Of a stretch of DNA of 54,792 nucleotides, positions 29,060 to 38,429 are shown one piece after another. Positions within the stretch are counted from its first letter, which is position 1; every line of letters starts with the position of its first letter. The translations under genes and the position numbers were made by a program. Source of the DNA: Gemmatimonadota bacterium (GTDB lineage: Bacteria > Gemmatimonadota > Gemmatimonadetes > Gemmatimonadales > Gemmatimonadaceae); contig JANMLN010000051.1 in NCBI GenBank assembly GCA_031372565.1, positions 1-54,792 of the forward strand, written 5' to 3'. The notes under the pieces are model-generated. The model ran no database searches and had not been told where the DNA came from. It was given only the letters and a program-made list of their open reading frames with translations.

Positions 29060-30103
29060 TCAGTCGAGCTGGCGGAGCGCGAGCCCCACCGGCAGCATGA
29101 GAAGGGGCGCGACTTCGTCGGTCACGAGCGAGTCGAGCGCGCCGTCACGGACCTTGAGGTTCGCCAACGGGTTGGCGACCTCCACCGGCAGGCGGAGCCG
29201 CGCCGCCAGCGCCTCGGTCAGCCCGGGGATGCGGCTGCCCCCTCCGCACACGTAGACCGCCCGCATCTGCGTCCCCGTGCGGGAACTCGAGGCTAGGAAG
29301 GCCGCGGCGCGCTCGATGCCGACGGCCACTTCCTCGCCGCGGCTCTCGATGACAGCGTCCAGCTGCGGCGAACGGTCATAGCCCTGCACGAGCGCCTGGG
29401 CCTCCTCGGCCCCGAGACCGCGGTCGCGCTGGAGATCCTCGCGAAACCGGCGCGTCCCGACCGTGATGTCACGCGTCAGGATCGGCACGCCGTCGTCCAG
29501 GATATTGATGTTGGTGACTTCGTGACCGATGTTGACCAGGCCGACCACCCCCTGCATCGCATCGGGGTAGTTGAGCTCGAACGCGTTGTGGAGCGCGAAC
29601 GCATCCACGTCCACGACCGAGGGGGTGATCCCCGCGTCGGACAGGAGGCGGAGCTTCGACTCGATCAGGTCACGCTTGGCGGCAACGAGCAACACCTGCA
29701 TCTCGAGGCCATCACCCTCGGGATCGAGAATCTGGAAGTCGAGTTCCACCGACTCCATGTCGAACGGCACGTGCTGCTCCGCTTCCCAGCGCATGAGCTC
29801 GCGGGCCTGCTGTTCCTTGACGCGCTCGATCTGGATCTTCTTGATGATCACGTCACGGCCGCCGACGGCCGTCACGACGGTCTTGGTCTTGACCCCCGCC
29901 TGGTCGAGCGACGAGCGGATCGCGTCGGCCACGAGACCGGGATCCATGACTTCGCCCTCGACGATCGCATCACCGGTGAGGGGGGTGATCACGACCTTCG
30001 CCAGCTCAGGCTCGTTCCGCCCGTGCTCGATAACCGCGACCTTGATCAGGCCGGAGCCGATGTCGAGGCCGATCGTCGTCTTGTTTCGACCGAAGAGCGC
30101 CAT
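29060..30103 (-). CDS. pilM: Type IV pilus assembly protein PilM
   Basis: IGLDIGSGLIK actin-like fold, EAEQHVPF, VLLVAAK and GGGSRIPGL. Start re-called at ATG 30103. Confidence 0.95.
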   Translation of the reverse strand: MALFGRNKTTIGLDIGSGLIKVAVIEHGRNEPELAKVVITPLTGDAIVEGEVMDPGLVADAIRSSLDQAGVKTKTVVTAVGGRDVIIKKIQIERVKEQQARELMRWEAEQHVPFDMESVELDFQILDPEGDGLEMQVLLVAAKRDLIESKLRLLSDAGITPSVVDVDAFALHNAFELNYPDAMQGVVGLVNIGHEVTNINILDDGVPILTRDITVGTRRFREDLQRDRGLGAEEAQALVQGYDRSPQLDAVIESRGEEVAVGIERAAAFLASSSRTGTQMRAVYVCGGGSRIPGLTEALAARLRLPVEVANPLANLKVRDGALDSLVTDEVAPLLMLPVGLALRQLD

Positions 30104-30301
30104 GATGCAGCTGGTTCGAGTGGGTGGCGCGTACGACTTCTCCGCACAGAGAACGCTCGTCGCGTCCCGGCCGAGAGCGGCTCCGGTTCCACCGGCACCA
30201 CTCATGGCCACCTGTCCAACGAATCGGGCGGGAAAAGGTAACACCCCCCCAAACCGCCGAAGTGCCTATGTCACAACGTCATGGCCCGTGTTCTGGCCAG
30301 A

Positions 30302-31378
30302 CTATCTCAACCTATACCACGCGTGCGCCGGGACTTCTGTGAGCAGGGTCCCCCCGGCGAGCGCGCCGGCTACCGCACACCCCGAGCCCTCGACCCGCGC
30401 CGAGTCGAGGAGTGACACGCGTGATCCCGCCCCCCCCACCAGCACGAGTGCTCCGGTCAGTCGGGCTGAACCGCGCAGCGTCACCGGTCCCCGCGCGATC
30501 ACCAGGCCGGTGAGCCTCGCACCATCGTCGAGCACCAGCGGGCCGTCCACTTGCAGGACCCCTTGACCGACGCCTCGGAGTGTCAGCGCCCCACGCGCGT
30601 GCGCCACGACAAACCGGCGTGGACACGGGGGACCACGCCCCGTCCGATCTGGGGACCCCCATCCGGACGCACACAGCGTCGAGTCGGCGAGGGTTGGCGT
30701 CTCCAGCGTCGTGTCACCCGGCAGCACCACATCCGCCTGACCCGCGATCACGGACCGCTCGGCGGCCCATGCGGCCGGCACGTCGGTGAGGCTCGAACTC
30801 GGCAGCGCGATGCCACCGACGACGGCGCCCGGCGGACTCCGCAGGGTGGCGGGCGGAGCGAAGACAATCGCTTCGAGCGCCGGAGCCAATGGACAATTCC
30901 AGCCCGAAGGCGGGAGCGCCGGACCGACGAGTCGAGCAAGCGGGGCAAGGTCCACCTCGCCTGCTCCACTGATGGCGGCGAGCGGTACGGGGGCCGCGAC
31001 GCGGATCCAGAGCGCCATGCCCGATGAGCGCGCGACAAGTCGCCCGCCCGCACCCCCGGGGGTCCACGCTGCCGCGGACACCCACCATAGACGGGCCGAG
31101 GGATGCACGATGCTGACGACGACCGCGGCGGAGTCGGCCGACGCCAGCTGTGTCGCCACGGCGCCGACCGCGTCGTTGCCCCGCTGCACTCCATCCCATC
31201 CGTGCCAGGCCGCCACAATGGCACCATCGGCCGCGGCGCGGGCTGCGTCGGTGCGTGCGTGCGCGCGCGCCACCTCCACGTGCGCCACCGCCCGTTGCGC
31301 GAGCGCGGCGCCCATGGCCGCGAGGACGATGACCGTGAGCATCACGGCGAGCAGCGTGCCACCTCGGCGCCGTGGCAT
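30302..31378 (-). CDS. PilX-like minor pilin
   Basis: RRRGG|TLLAVML class III-like leader lacking Glu5, as in PilX/GspK. C-terminal G.L.V.G beta-repeat; third gene of the minor-pilin cluster. Confidence 0.7.
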   Translation of the reverse strand: MPRRRGGTLLAVMLTVIVLAAMGAALAQRAVAHVEVARAHARTDAARAAADGAIVAAWHGWDGVQRGNDAVGAVATQLASADSAAVVVSIVHPSARLWWVSAAAWTPGGAGGRLVARSSGMALWIRVAAPVPLAAISGAGEVDLAPLARLVGPALPPSGWNCPLAPALEAIVFAPPATLRSPPGAVVGGIALPSSSLTDVPAAWAAERSVIAGQADVVLPGDTTLETPTLADSTLCASGWGSPDRTGRGPPCPRRFVVAHARGALTLRGVGQGVLQVDGPLVLDDGARLTGLVIARGPVTLRGSARLTGALVLVGGAGSRVSLLDSARVEGSGCAVAGALAGGTLLTEVPAHAWYRLR

Positions 31379-31381
31379 GGT

Positions 31382-32227
31382 TCAGGGACGTCGACGAAGA
31401 GCGGCCACGAGCGGCACGCGATCCGCTGGACTGTCACCAAGCATCGCCAAACGGACCTCAAGCTGCGCCGCGGTGGCCCATCCCCCCGGGGTCGAGATCG
31501 GCTGCCCCGTCGCGTCGGCGAGGGAGAATGGGAGCGGCCGCCCACCGCGCGTGTCGAGCGGCCCTGCCACCGGCTGGACGGTGGCCCACGCGTGTCCCGC
31601 TCGTTCGCGCAGCCCCAGATACCATCGGCCATCGGCGGCCCGATACGCGCTCCACCTAACCCGTCGACGGAGTTGCACGGGGGCGCCGATGGGCAGCGAG
31701 AGCGACGCGCCGAGCGCCGCCACGGTCAAGGTGCGACCGACACCGCCCAGCGGTCCCGGCGGACAGAGCCCGGGCTGCGCGTCCACGAGCACCCCTCCCA
31801 CCCACAGGCCCTGGGCCGGGTCGAACGCGAGCACCGAATCACCGGAGGCGATCGCGCGCGTCCATCCATCGGCCACGACGAGGCCGGTCAACCCGAGCGC
31901 GGTGACCGTGAGCGCTGCGCTCCCACCCGTGGTTGGTTTGCAGAGCAGCGCGGCGCCGACGTGCGCGTCGAGCTCGATCAGCGTGTCATCGGCGATCAGC
32001 AGGCGTCCGGCGCCCTGGCTGAGCGCCGCAAGATCCCCCGCGAGCACACCGCGCGAATCAGCCCACTGCGATCGCGCCGCCGCTCGGAGGAGCGCGGCCG
32101 TCCCTGCGGCGCCCTGCCTCACACAGACCGTCACCAGCATGATCGCGATCATCCCGGCGAGGACCATGCCGACCAACGATTCCGCGAGGGTGAACCCCAT
32201 GCCCACGGCGCGCGTCACTCTGTGCAT
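31382..32227 (-). CDS. PilW-like minor pilin
   Basis: G|FTLAESLVGMVLAGMI prepilin motif. Start re-called at ATG 32227. Confidence 0.7.
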   Translation of the reverse strand: MHRVTRAVGMGFTLAESLVGMVLAGMIAIMLVTVCVRQGAAGTAALLRAAARSQWADSRGVLAGDLAALSQGAGRLLIADDTLIELDAHVGAALLCKPTTGGSAALTVTALGLTGLVVADGWTRAIASGDSVLAFDPAQGLWVGGVLVDAQPGLCPPGPLGGVGRTLTVAALGASLSLPIGAPVQLRRRVRWSAYRAADGRWYLGLRERAGHAWATVQPVAGPLDTRGGRPLPFSLADATGQPISTPGGWATAAQLEVRLAMLGDSPADRVPLVAALRRRP

Positions 32228-32523
32228 GGCGCCCCCGTTGGTCGGGCGGTGGGCGCGAAGGAGGCCGAGTCGTTCCACGACAGGTGCAACGGTTGCACGC
32301 CGCGGGCGAATGCGTCGCACGGGCGACTCGCATCGCGTGCGAGACGCGACAGCGCCGCGTCACGCGTGTGGGTGATCTGCGCGGCACGGTTGAGCCGGCG
32401 CGCGGCATGGGCGAAGAGCGCGGCGGCGCCCAAGGCGCCCACCGCAAACACGAGGAGCGCCACGAGGGGCTCGACCAGCGAGAATCCTCGGCGCGGGCGA
32501 CGGAAGGATGAGACGGTCTGCAT
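32215..32523 (-). CDS. PilV-like minor pilin
   Basis: RRG|FSLVEPLVALLVFAVGALG, typical of the PilV N-terminus. Confidence 0.7.
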   Translation of the reverse strand: MQTVSSFRRPRRGFSLVEPLVALLVFAVGALGAAALFAHAARRLNRAAQITHTRDAALSRLARDASRPCDAFARGVQPLHLSWNDSASFAPTARPTGAPCTE

Positions 32524-32606
32524 GACGCATCATCGCCCGCGGCGCGTCCGGCGCGGTAACCCGATGCTTGCGCCACCCATGCAAAGCTTGCAGCCCAGAA
32601 ACGACG

Positions 32607-32635
32607 GCGGGCCAAGGGAGTGTCCCTTGGCCCGC
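32607..32635 (-). terminator. Intrinsic terminator after pilin gene 1
   Basis: Perfect 13-bp stem GCGGGCCAAGGGA/TCCCTTGGCCCGC with a 3-nt loop, followed on the minus strand by CGTCGTTTCT. Confidence 0.75.
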
Positions 32636-32655
32636 ATCGAACCACTCGCGGCGAC

Positions 32656-33075
32656 CTAGAAGCAGGTCGGCTCGCCTTCCTGCTGACCCGAGCCGATGAA
32701 CTGACCGGTTCCACCTGCGCCAACGTAGATCGAACACGTCTGCGTGGTGCCAGAGCGCGACGTCTGCGCATTCCAGCCGTTCGTGTTTCCCGTCGTACCG
32801 GCGCTGACGACGTTCACGCCCGACGACGGCTGCCAGATGTTCTGTCCGCCCTTGGAGAAGATGCCAGCCTGCGCGGCGGTCGCGTAAGTCTGGTAATCAC
32901 CGAAGTAGGTCTCCTGCGCCGTGGCCAGATTGCGGAGATCCGACCGCATCGCGGCGATGTAGGCCTTCTCCTTGGTGTTCGCAAACTTCGGGATCGCGAT
33001 GGCCGCGAGGATACCGATGATGACGACCACGATGAGGAGCTCGATCAGCGTAAAGCCGGTGCGCTTGGACGACAT
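32656..33075 (-). CDS. pilA: Type IVa major pilin (copy 1)
   Basis: G|FTLIELLIVVVIIGILAAIAIP, C-terminal Cys pair and AAGGAG Shine-Dalgarno. Confidence 0.93.
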   Translation of the reverse strand: MSSKRTGFTLIELLIVVVIIGILAAIAIPKFANTKEKAYIAAMRSDLRNLATAQETYFGDYQTYATAAQAGIFSKGGQNIWQPSSGVNVVSAGTTGNTNGWNAQTSRSGTTQTCSIYVGAGGTGQFIGSGQQEGEPTCF

Positions 33076-33203
33076 AGGGTTCGACTCCTTACGAAGACAG
33101 TGTGACTGTGCGTTGCGCTGGCGGCCAAAAAGACCGCACGGATGGACGAAATCTTAATGCACACCAAGAGCAGTGTCCACTCATCGCTTCATTGCAACGG
33201 CAA

Positions 33204-33237
33204 GGGCCGGCCTGAGCATCACTGCCCCGACCGGCCC
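33204..33237 (-). terminator. Stem-loop between the two pilin genes
   Basis: Minus strand GGGCCGG-TCGGGGCA-GTGA-TGCTCAGG-CCGGCCC: ~15-bp imperfect stem with GNRA loop and weak U tail. Confidence 0.6.
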
Positions 33238-33254
33238 CAACGAACGCCTTCCCT

Positions 33255-33677
33255 TTAGAAGCAGGTCGGCTCGCCTTCCTGCTGGCCCGAACCGATGAAC
33301 ACGCCCGTGCCGCCCGCGCCGACGTAGATCGAGCAGGTCTGGGTCGTGCCAGAGCGCGACACCTGCGCGTTCCAGCCATTGGTGTTGCCGGCCGAACCGG
33401 CTGCCACGACGTTCACACCCGTGGAGGCCTTCCAGATGTTGGAGCCGCCCTTGGCGAACAGACCGGCCGCCGACGCCGCGGCGTAGGTCTGGTAGTCGCC
33501 GAAGTACGTCTCCTGAGCCGTCGCGAGGTTGCGCAGATCCGAGCGCATCGCGGCGATGTACGCCTTCTCCTTCGTGTTGGCGAACTTCGGAATCGCGATC
33601 GCGGCGAGAATGCCGATGATGACGACCACGATCAGAAGCTCGATGAGCGTGAAGCCCTTCTTCGCTTGAACCTTCAT
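33255..33677 (-). CDS. pilA: Type IVa major pilin (copy 2)
   Basis: KKG|FTLIELLIVVVIIGILAAIAIP; paralog of 32656..33075. Confidence 0.93.
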   Translation of the reverse strand: MKVQAKKGFTLIELLIVVVIIGILAAIAIPKFANTKEKAYIAAMRSDLRNLATAQETYFGDYQTYAAASAAGLFAKGGSNIWKASTGVNVVAAGSAGNTNGWNAQVSRSGTTQTCSIYVGAGGTGVFIGSGQQEGEPTCF

Positions 33678-33742
33678 AAACAGGTACTCCGGGGTGAATG
33701 GAACGGTGCGGCTAGCCGACGACGCCGGCCACCTCTACGTAG

Positions 33743-33759
33743 AGCAATGCTCGCACCAG
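33743..33759 (-). promoter_or_regulatory. sigma54 (-24/-12) promoter of the pilin genes
   Basis: Minus strand CTGGTGCGAGCATTGCT = GG-N10-GC, ~65 nt upstream of pilA and next to pilR. Confidence 0.8.
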
Positions 33760-33900
33760 ACGACCCGCGTCAGGCCAAGTCACGCGCTCACAACGACCTA
33801 GCATCGACCGGTGGGCCAGCGTCCTGCAGTTCGACGGGGCGGATTGCGCCCCACGATTGCACCTTGCGAGAGTATAAGCCCGAACAAAACCCGAAAGTGA

Positions 33901-35277
33901 TCAACTGACTCCGTACCGTGCCAGCTTGCGGTGCAGCGTCGACGGATCGATGCCGAGCACCTCGGCCGCACGTGTCTTGTTCCCCCCTTCGCTGCCCAGG
34001 ACCCACAGGATGTAGGCCCTCTCAATTGTCTCGAGGGTCGGATTCGCGGGGGTCTCGGGCGCGACCAGCGGTTCGCTGCGCCGCTCAGTGACGCGCGCCG
34101 GGAGGGCGGACGGCTCGATGACCGATCCCGATGACATCAGGACCGCGCGTTCGAGGGCGTGGAACAACTCGCGGACGTTCCCAGGCCAGAGATAACTCTC
34201 GAGTGCCTCCCGCGTGGCAGGAGAGAGCACCTTGGGCGCTTCCTTCCGGTCGGCGGCCAGTCGCGCGAGTTCGCCGTCGGTCAGGGGCATGATGTCCTCG
34301 GTCCGCTGCCGGAGTGGCGGCAGGCCGATCGCGATCACGTTCAGCCGATAGAACAGGTCGCTCCGGAAGCGGCCTTGCTGCATCTCCAGTTCGAGGTCGC
34401 GATTGGTGGCCGCCACGAGCCGCACATCGATCGGCTCCGCTTCCGTCGCCCCGACCGGGATCACTTCGCGGTGTTGCAGGACGCGCAGCAGCTTGACCTG
34501 CGTCGCAGGGGTCGTTTCACCGATCTCATCGAGAAAGAAGGTGCCGCCAGCGGCCGCCGTGAACAGCCCCGCCTTGTCGCGTACCGCGCCGGTGAAGGAG
34601 CCCTTCACGTGGCCGAACAGTTCGCTCTCGAGCAGCCCTTCCGGAAGCGCGCCACAGTTGATCGACTGGAAGGCACGAGCCTGCCGTGCCGACAACGAAT
34701 GGATGTAGCGCGCCACGACTTCCTTGCCTGTACCCGACTCCCCGGTGATGAGCACGGTGGCCTCGGTCGGCGCGACGGTTTCCGCGACGCGCAGGACGTC
34801 CATCCACGCCTTGCTCCGCCCCGTCGGGCGATCCGCGCCGACGGCGCGCGCCACTTGCTGACGCAGCGCCCGGTTCTCCACGCGCAACTGCCGATGCTCG
34901 ATCGCGCGGCGCAGGATCGACACCATCTCGTCGTTGCGAAACGGCTTCTGGATGTAGTGGAACGCCCCATCGTTGACGGCACGAATCGCGCTCTGCAAGT
35001 CGGCCTCTGCCGTCATGAGCACCACGGGCAGTTCGGCGTCCATCGCGCGGGCGCGCGCGAGCAACTCCACGCCCGTGATCAGCGGCATGCGGATGTCGGT
35101 GAGCACCACGTCGGGACGATCCGCCTCGAGCAGGGCGAGGCCCTGCTTGCCGCCGAGCGCCACGCGCGGCTCGAACCCCTCGCCCTTGAGCAGGATGCGC
35201 AGCGACTCCAGGATGCCGGCCTCATCGTCACCGATGAGGACGGACGGGCGGCGTTCCGTCGACGTGGGGGCAGTCAT
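33901..35277 (-). CDS. pilR: sigma54-dependent response regulator PilR
   Basis: REC domain, GESGTGKE, ESELFGH..GSFTGA, FRSDLFYRLNV, WPGNVREL and Fis HTH; adjacent to pilA. Confidence 0.88.
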   Translation of the reverse strand: MTAPTSTERRPSVLIGDDEAGILESLRILLKGEGFEPRVALGGKQGLALLEADRPDVVLTDIRMPLITGVELLARARAMDAELPVVLMTAEADLQSAIRAVNDGAFHYIQKPFRNDEMVSILRRAIEHRQLRVENRALRQQVARAVGADRPTGRSKAWMDVLRVAETVAPTEATVLITGESGTGKEVVARYIHSLSARQARAFQSINCGALPEGLLESELFGHVKGSFTGAVRDKAGLFTAAAGGTFFLDEIGETTPATQVKLLRVLQHREVIPVGATEAEPIDVRLVAATNRDLELEMQQGRFRSDLFYRLNVIAIGLPPLRQRTEDIMPLTDGELARLAADRKEAPKVLSPATREALESYLWPGNVRELFHALERAVLMSSGSVIEPSALPARVTERRSEPLVAPETPANPTLETIERAYILWVLGSEGGNKTRAAEVLGIDPSTLHRKLARYGVS

Positions 35278-37037
35278 GAGGCGGGCGTGGTGTCGCGATC
35301 GCGCTGGGTCGCGGGAAGATAGAGCGAGATCCGCGTCCCCGTCTCGTCGCTGTCGACGAGCACGAGCCCTCGATGCGCTTCGACCGCTCGATGCACCATC
35401 GGCAAGCCGAGGCCCGTCCCGCTCGGGCGCGTCGTCTGGAACGGTTCGAAGAGCCGCTCACGCACACTCGCCGGCAGGCCCGGTCCGTGATCGGCGACGA
35501 GCACGCGTGCATGCGGCACGCGCAGGGCGAGGTCGCGCGGCAGTGCGTCCACATCCAGCAGCGCGACGTCGATGTGCACGTCGCCCCCCGGGGGCGAGGC
35601 TTGCACGGCGTTGAGGCTCAGGTTGAACACGGCCCGGTGCAGCAGATCCTCGTCCCCGTCAATCCAGAGCGGGTGCTCGGGCGACGACACCGTGACGCGC
35701 ACCCCGTCTGCGCGCTCGGGATGCGCGGCCGCCAGTTCGCCGGCGTTCCGGGCCACGGCGACGGCGTCGAGGCGCGTGAAGCGCGCCGCGCGCACGCGGG
35801 TGAAATCGAGGAACTCCGAGAGGATACGCGAGACGCGATCGGTCTCGCGGGTGATCAGTCCGGCCAGCGTGCGCTCATCGGCGTCGGCCGCGCTGCGGCG
35901 CGCCAGCTGTTCGACCGCGCTCCGGATCACCGCCAGCGGATTCTTGATCTCGTGCGCCAACGACGCGCCGAGCGCGGTGACGGCCTCGAGCCGCTGCGCC
36001 CGGACCTGCAGCTGTTCCATCCGCTTCTGATCCGAGATGTCCTGGAAGATCGCGGTGGCGGACAGCTGCGCCTCGGAGTCATCGCCACCGGCGAAGGTGG
36101 TGGTCACCCCGACCGGGTGCGCGAGTCCGTCGTGGCTGATCGTCCCTTCGGCGCGCAACACGCGCGACTGGTCCCGCGCCGTGCGCTCCAGGGCTGCCGC
36201 CAGGGCAGGCGCGCGCTGGGCGATCTCCGGCATCACCGCGCGGCCCACGAACCGCGAGAGGTTGAACCCGAGCAGGCGGCTGGCCGCCGGGTTGGCATAC
36301 AACAGGTGCCCCTCACGGTCGATGGTCAGGATGCCGCTCTCGATCGCGCGCAGGATGTCCTCCGCCTGCAGGCGCACCTGCACCAGTTCCGCGGCGAGGC
36401 GCTCGGAGCCCGAGCCCGCGCGCCGCAGTCGCTCGGAGATGAGCGCGGACCCCACGGCCACGACGGCGAAGACGAAGAGCTGCAGCCAGAGCCCGCGGTC
36501 GCCCAGCGTCTCGACCTGCCCGAGCGAGTCGGCGACATAGAGCACGTTGCCAAGGACGGCCACGAGGAAACCGCCGCCGGTGGGCAGCAGCAGCGCGGCC
36601 ACGGCGATCACCAACACGTAGATGCCGGTGAACGTGGAGGTCGGCCCGCCCGTGACGTGCACGACCGCTGTCACGAGCAGCAGGTCGATGACACTCTGCA
36701 GGTAGAGGAAGGTGCGCCCGAGCGGTCGCTCCCAGATCTCGGTCCAGATGGCCGAGAGGACCGTGAACACCAGCGCGCCGGTGAAGGCGAGCGACGCGAT
36801 CAGCGTGTTCGTCGACGACGCCCGCAGCCACGCCAACACCGCCGCGAGGAAGATCGCGAAGGCGAGCGTGAGCCGACCGACGTAGACCCAGCGGATGATG
36901 ATGCGCGGATCGCGGAGCCGCAGCAGCGACGGATCGCTGTCGCGCGGCGTCGGCGTGCTCACGCGCACCATCGGAGGCTCGTTGGGAGAGAGGGTCACCG
37001 TGCGCGCAAGATGCCGGGACGGCGCACGCCGGGGCAA
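35274..37037 (-). CDS. pilS: Sensor histidine kinase PilS
   Basis: About 6 TM segments, PAS, LAHEIKNPL, NLSLNAVQA and GTGLGL; overlaps the pilR start. Start may be ATG 36971. Confidence 0.87.
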   Translation of the reverse strand: MPRRAPSRHLARTVTLSPNEPPMVRVSTPTPRDSDPSLLRLRDPRIIIRWVYVGRLTLAFAIFLAAVLAWLRASSTNTLIASLAFTGALVFTVLSAIWTEIWERPLGRTFLYLQSVIDLLLVTAVVHVTGGPTSTFTGIYVLVIAVAALLLPTGGGFLVAVLGNVLYVADSLGQVETLGDRGLWLQLFVFAVVAVGSALISERLRRAGSGSERLAAELVQVRLQAEDILRAIESGILTIDREGHLLYANPAASRLLGFNLSRFVGRAVMPEIAQRAPALAAALERTARDQSRVLRAEGTISHDGLAHPVGVTTTFAGGDDSEAQLSATAIFQDISDQKRMEQLQVRAQRLEAVTALGASLAHEIKNPLAVIRSAVEQLARRSAADADERTLAGLITRETDRVSRILSEFLDFTRVRAARFTRLDAVAVARNAGELAAAHPERADGVRVTVSSPEHPLWIDGDEDLLHRAVFNLSLNAVQASPPGGDVHIDVALLDVDALPRDLALRVPHARVLVADHGPGLPASVRERLFEPFQTTRPSGTGLGLPMVHRAVEAHRGLVLVDSDETGTRISLYLPATQRDRDTTPAS

Positions 37038-37088
37038 CAGGGGCGTGAGGGGGCCCTATATTTCTCCCCGGACGCTCCCCAAGGACTC

Positions 37089-38429
37089 ATGTACGTGCCG
37101 CTCGACGCAACTTCAGGGTCGGACAGTTCCTGGCTCCGGCTCGCACTCACGCTGCTGCTCGTGCTGGCCAACGGGTTCTTCGTCGCCGCGGAGTTCGCCT
37201 TCGTGGGCGCCCGCCGGAGCAAGCTGCAACAGATGGCCGACGCCGGCGACCGGAAGGCGCGGCGAGCGCTCCTCGTGCTCGACGACCTCGACCGCATGAT
37301 CGCGGGCACGCAGGTCGGGATCACGCTCGCCTCGCTCGCCCTCGGATGGATCGGCGAGCCGGCACTGGCGACCTTGCTCGATCGCGCGCTGCACCTCGCG
37401 GGCCTCAATCCGCCACCGGCGCTGGTCCATTCGACGGCCGCCGTGGCCACGGCCTTCGTCATCATCACCTACCTGCACCTGGTGATCGGCGAAGTGCTGC
37501 CGAAGACAGTTGCGCTCCGCGCGCCGGAGGCCCTCGCCCGATGGGTGGCACTACCCCTCATCGTGTTCGGCAAGCTCACCGCGCCGGTCGTCTGGGTGAT
37601 CGATCGTTCGTCGACCTCCCTGCTGCGGCTGGTCGGCGTGCAGGACTCGCACGGCATGCAGCATGTGCATTCACCCGAGGAACTGCGCTTGATCGTGATG
37701 CAGGCACGCGCGCAGGGCACGCTCGACGAGAGCGACAGCGCCATGCTGGCGGGCGTCTTCGACTTCCACGAGAAGAAGGCCCGCGACGTGATGCGACCGC
37801 GCACGGCGGTCGTCGGCATCCCGATCGACGCGACCGAGGACGAGGTCTGGACGCTGGTGCGTCGCGAGCGCTACTCGCGCTACCCCGTGTATCGCGACAC
37901 GCTCGATGATGTCGCCGGGGTCCTGCTGGCCAAGGACCTCTTCCTGCGCGATGACGCGGCCCCCTGGTCGCTCGCGGCGATGATGCGCGAACCCCTGCTC
38001 ATCCCGGACACGCGACCGGCGGAGCGGGTGCTCGACGACCTGCGTCGAACGCGGGCCCATCTGGCGGTCGTGCTGGATGAGTACGGTGGCACGGCCGGGA
38101 TCGTGACGATGGAAGACCTGGTCGAGGAGGTCGTGGGCGACATTGCGGATGAATACGACGCCGCCACGCGCGACTCCCTCGAGCTCGACGGCGTGCTGGA
38201 ACTCTCGGGATCGCTGTCGCTCGTCGATGCCCGCAGCGATCACAAGCTCGCCATTCCCGAAGGCGAGTGGACCACCGTCGGCGGCTACACCTTCTCGACG
38301 CTCGGGCGGCTCCCGCGCGTCGGCGATCGGGTGCTCTTTCCCGGCGGCGACCTCGAGGTCGTCGCCATGGACGCGCGGCGCGTGGCGGCCGTGCGTGTGA
38401 ACCGTACGCGACCCGGAGGGGCCGCATGA
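37089..38429 (+). CDS. HlyC/CorC (CNNM-CBS) family membrane protein
   Basis: NGFFVAAEFA, QVGITLASLALGWIGEP, GEVLPK, CBS pair (YSRYPVY, DEYGGTAGIVTMEDLVEE) and CorC domain. Confidence 0.93.
   Translation: MYVPLDATSGSDSSWLRLALTLLLVLANGFFVAAEFAFVGARRSKLQQMADAGDRKARRALLVLDDLDRMIAGTQVGITLASLALGWIGEPALATLLDRALHLAGLNPPPALVHSTAAVATAFVIITYLHLVIGEVLPKTVALRAPEALARWVALPLIVFGKLTAPVVWVIDRSSTSLLRLVGVQDSHGMQHVHSPEELRLIVMQARAQGTLDESDSAMLAGVFDFHEKKARDVMRPRTAVVGIPIDATEDEVWTLVRRERYSRYPVYRDTLDDVAGVLLAKDLFLRDDAAPWSLAAMMREPLLIPDTRPAERVLDDLRRTRAHLAVVLDEYGGTAGIVTMEDLVEEVVGDIADEYDAATRDSLELDGVLELSGSLSLVDARSDHKLAIPEGEWTTVGGYTFSTLGRLPRVGDRVLFPGGDLEVVAMDARRVAAVRVNRTRPGGAA

Noticed and set aside
32560..32600. sigma54 promoter for the minor pilins (also a candidate at ~33192-33210)
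   Set aside because: GG-to-GC spacing is 11 nt, not the required 10.
33075..33091. TAGGGTTCGACTCCTTA, which looks like a tRNA T-arm or att remnant
   Set aside because: No acceptor, D or anticodon arms; it is the reverse complement of the pilA Shine-Dalgarno/start region.
32656..33677. Pilin pair as a DGR template/variable repeat or silent-cassette antigenic variation system
   Set aside because: Both copies are complete genes, differences are not adenine-specific, and no reverse transcriptase is present.
35373..37088. N-terminal 572 aa of the 1018-aa ORF, suggesting a fusion to CorC
   Set aside because: Antisense to pilS; the real gene starts at ATG 37089 after an AAGGA Shine-Dalgarno.
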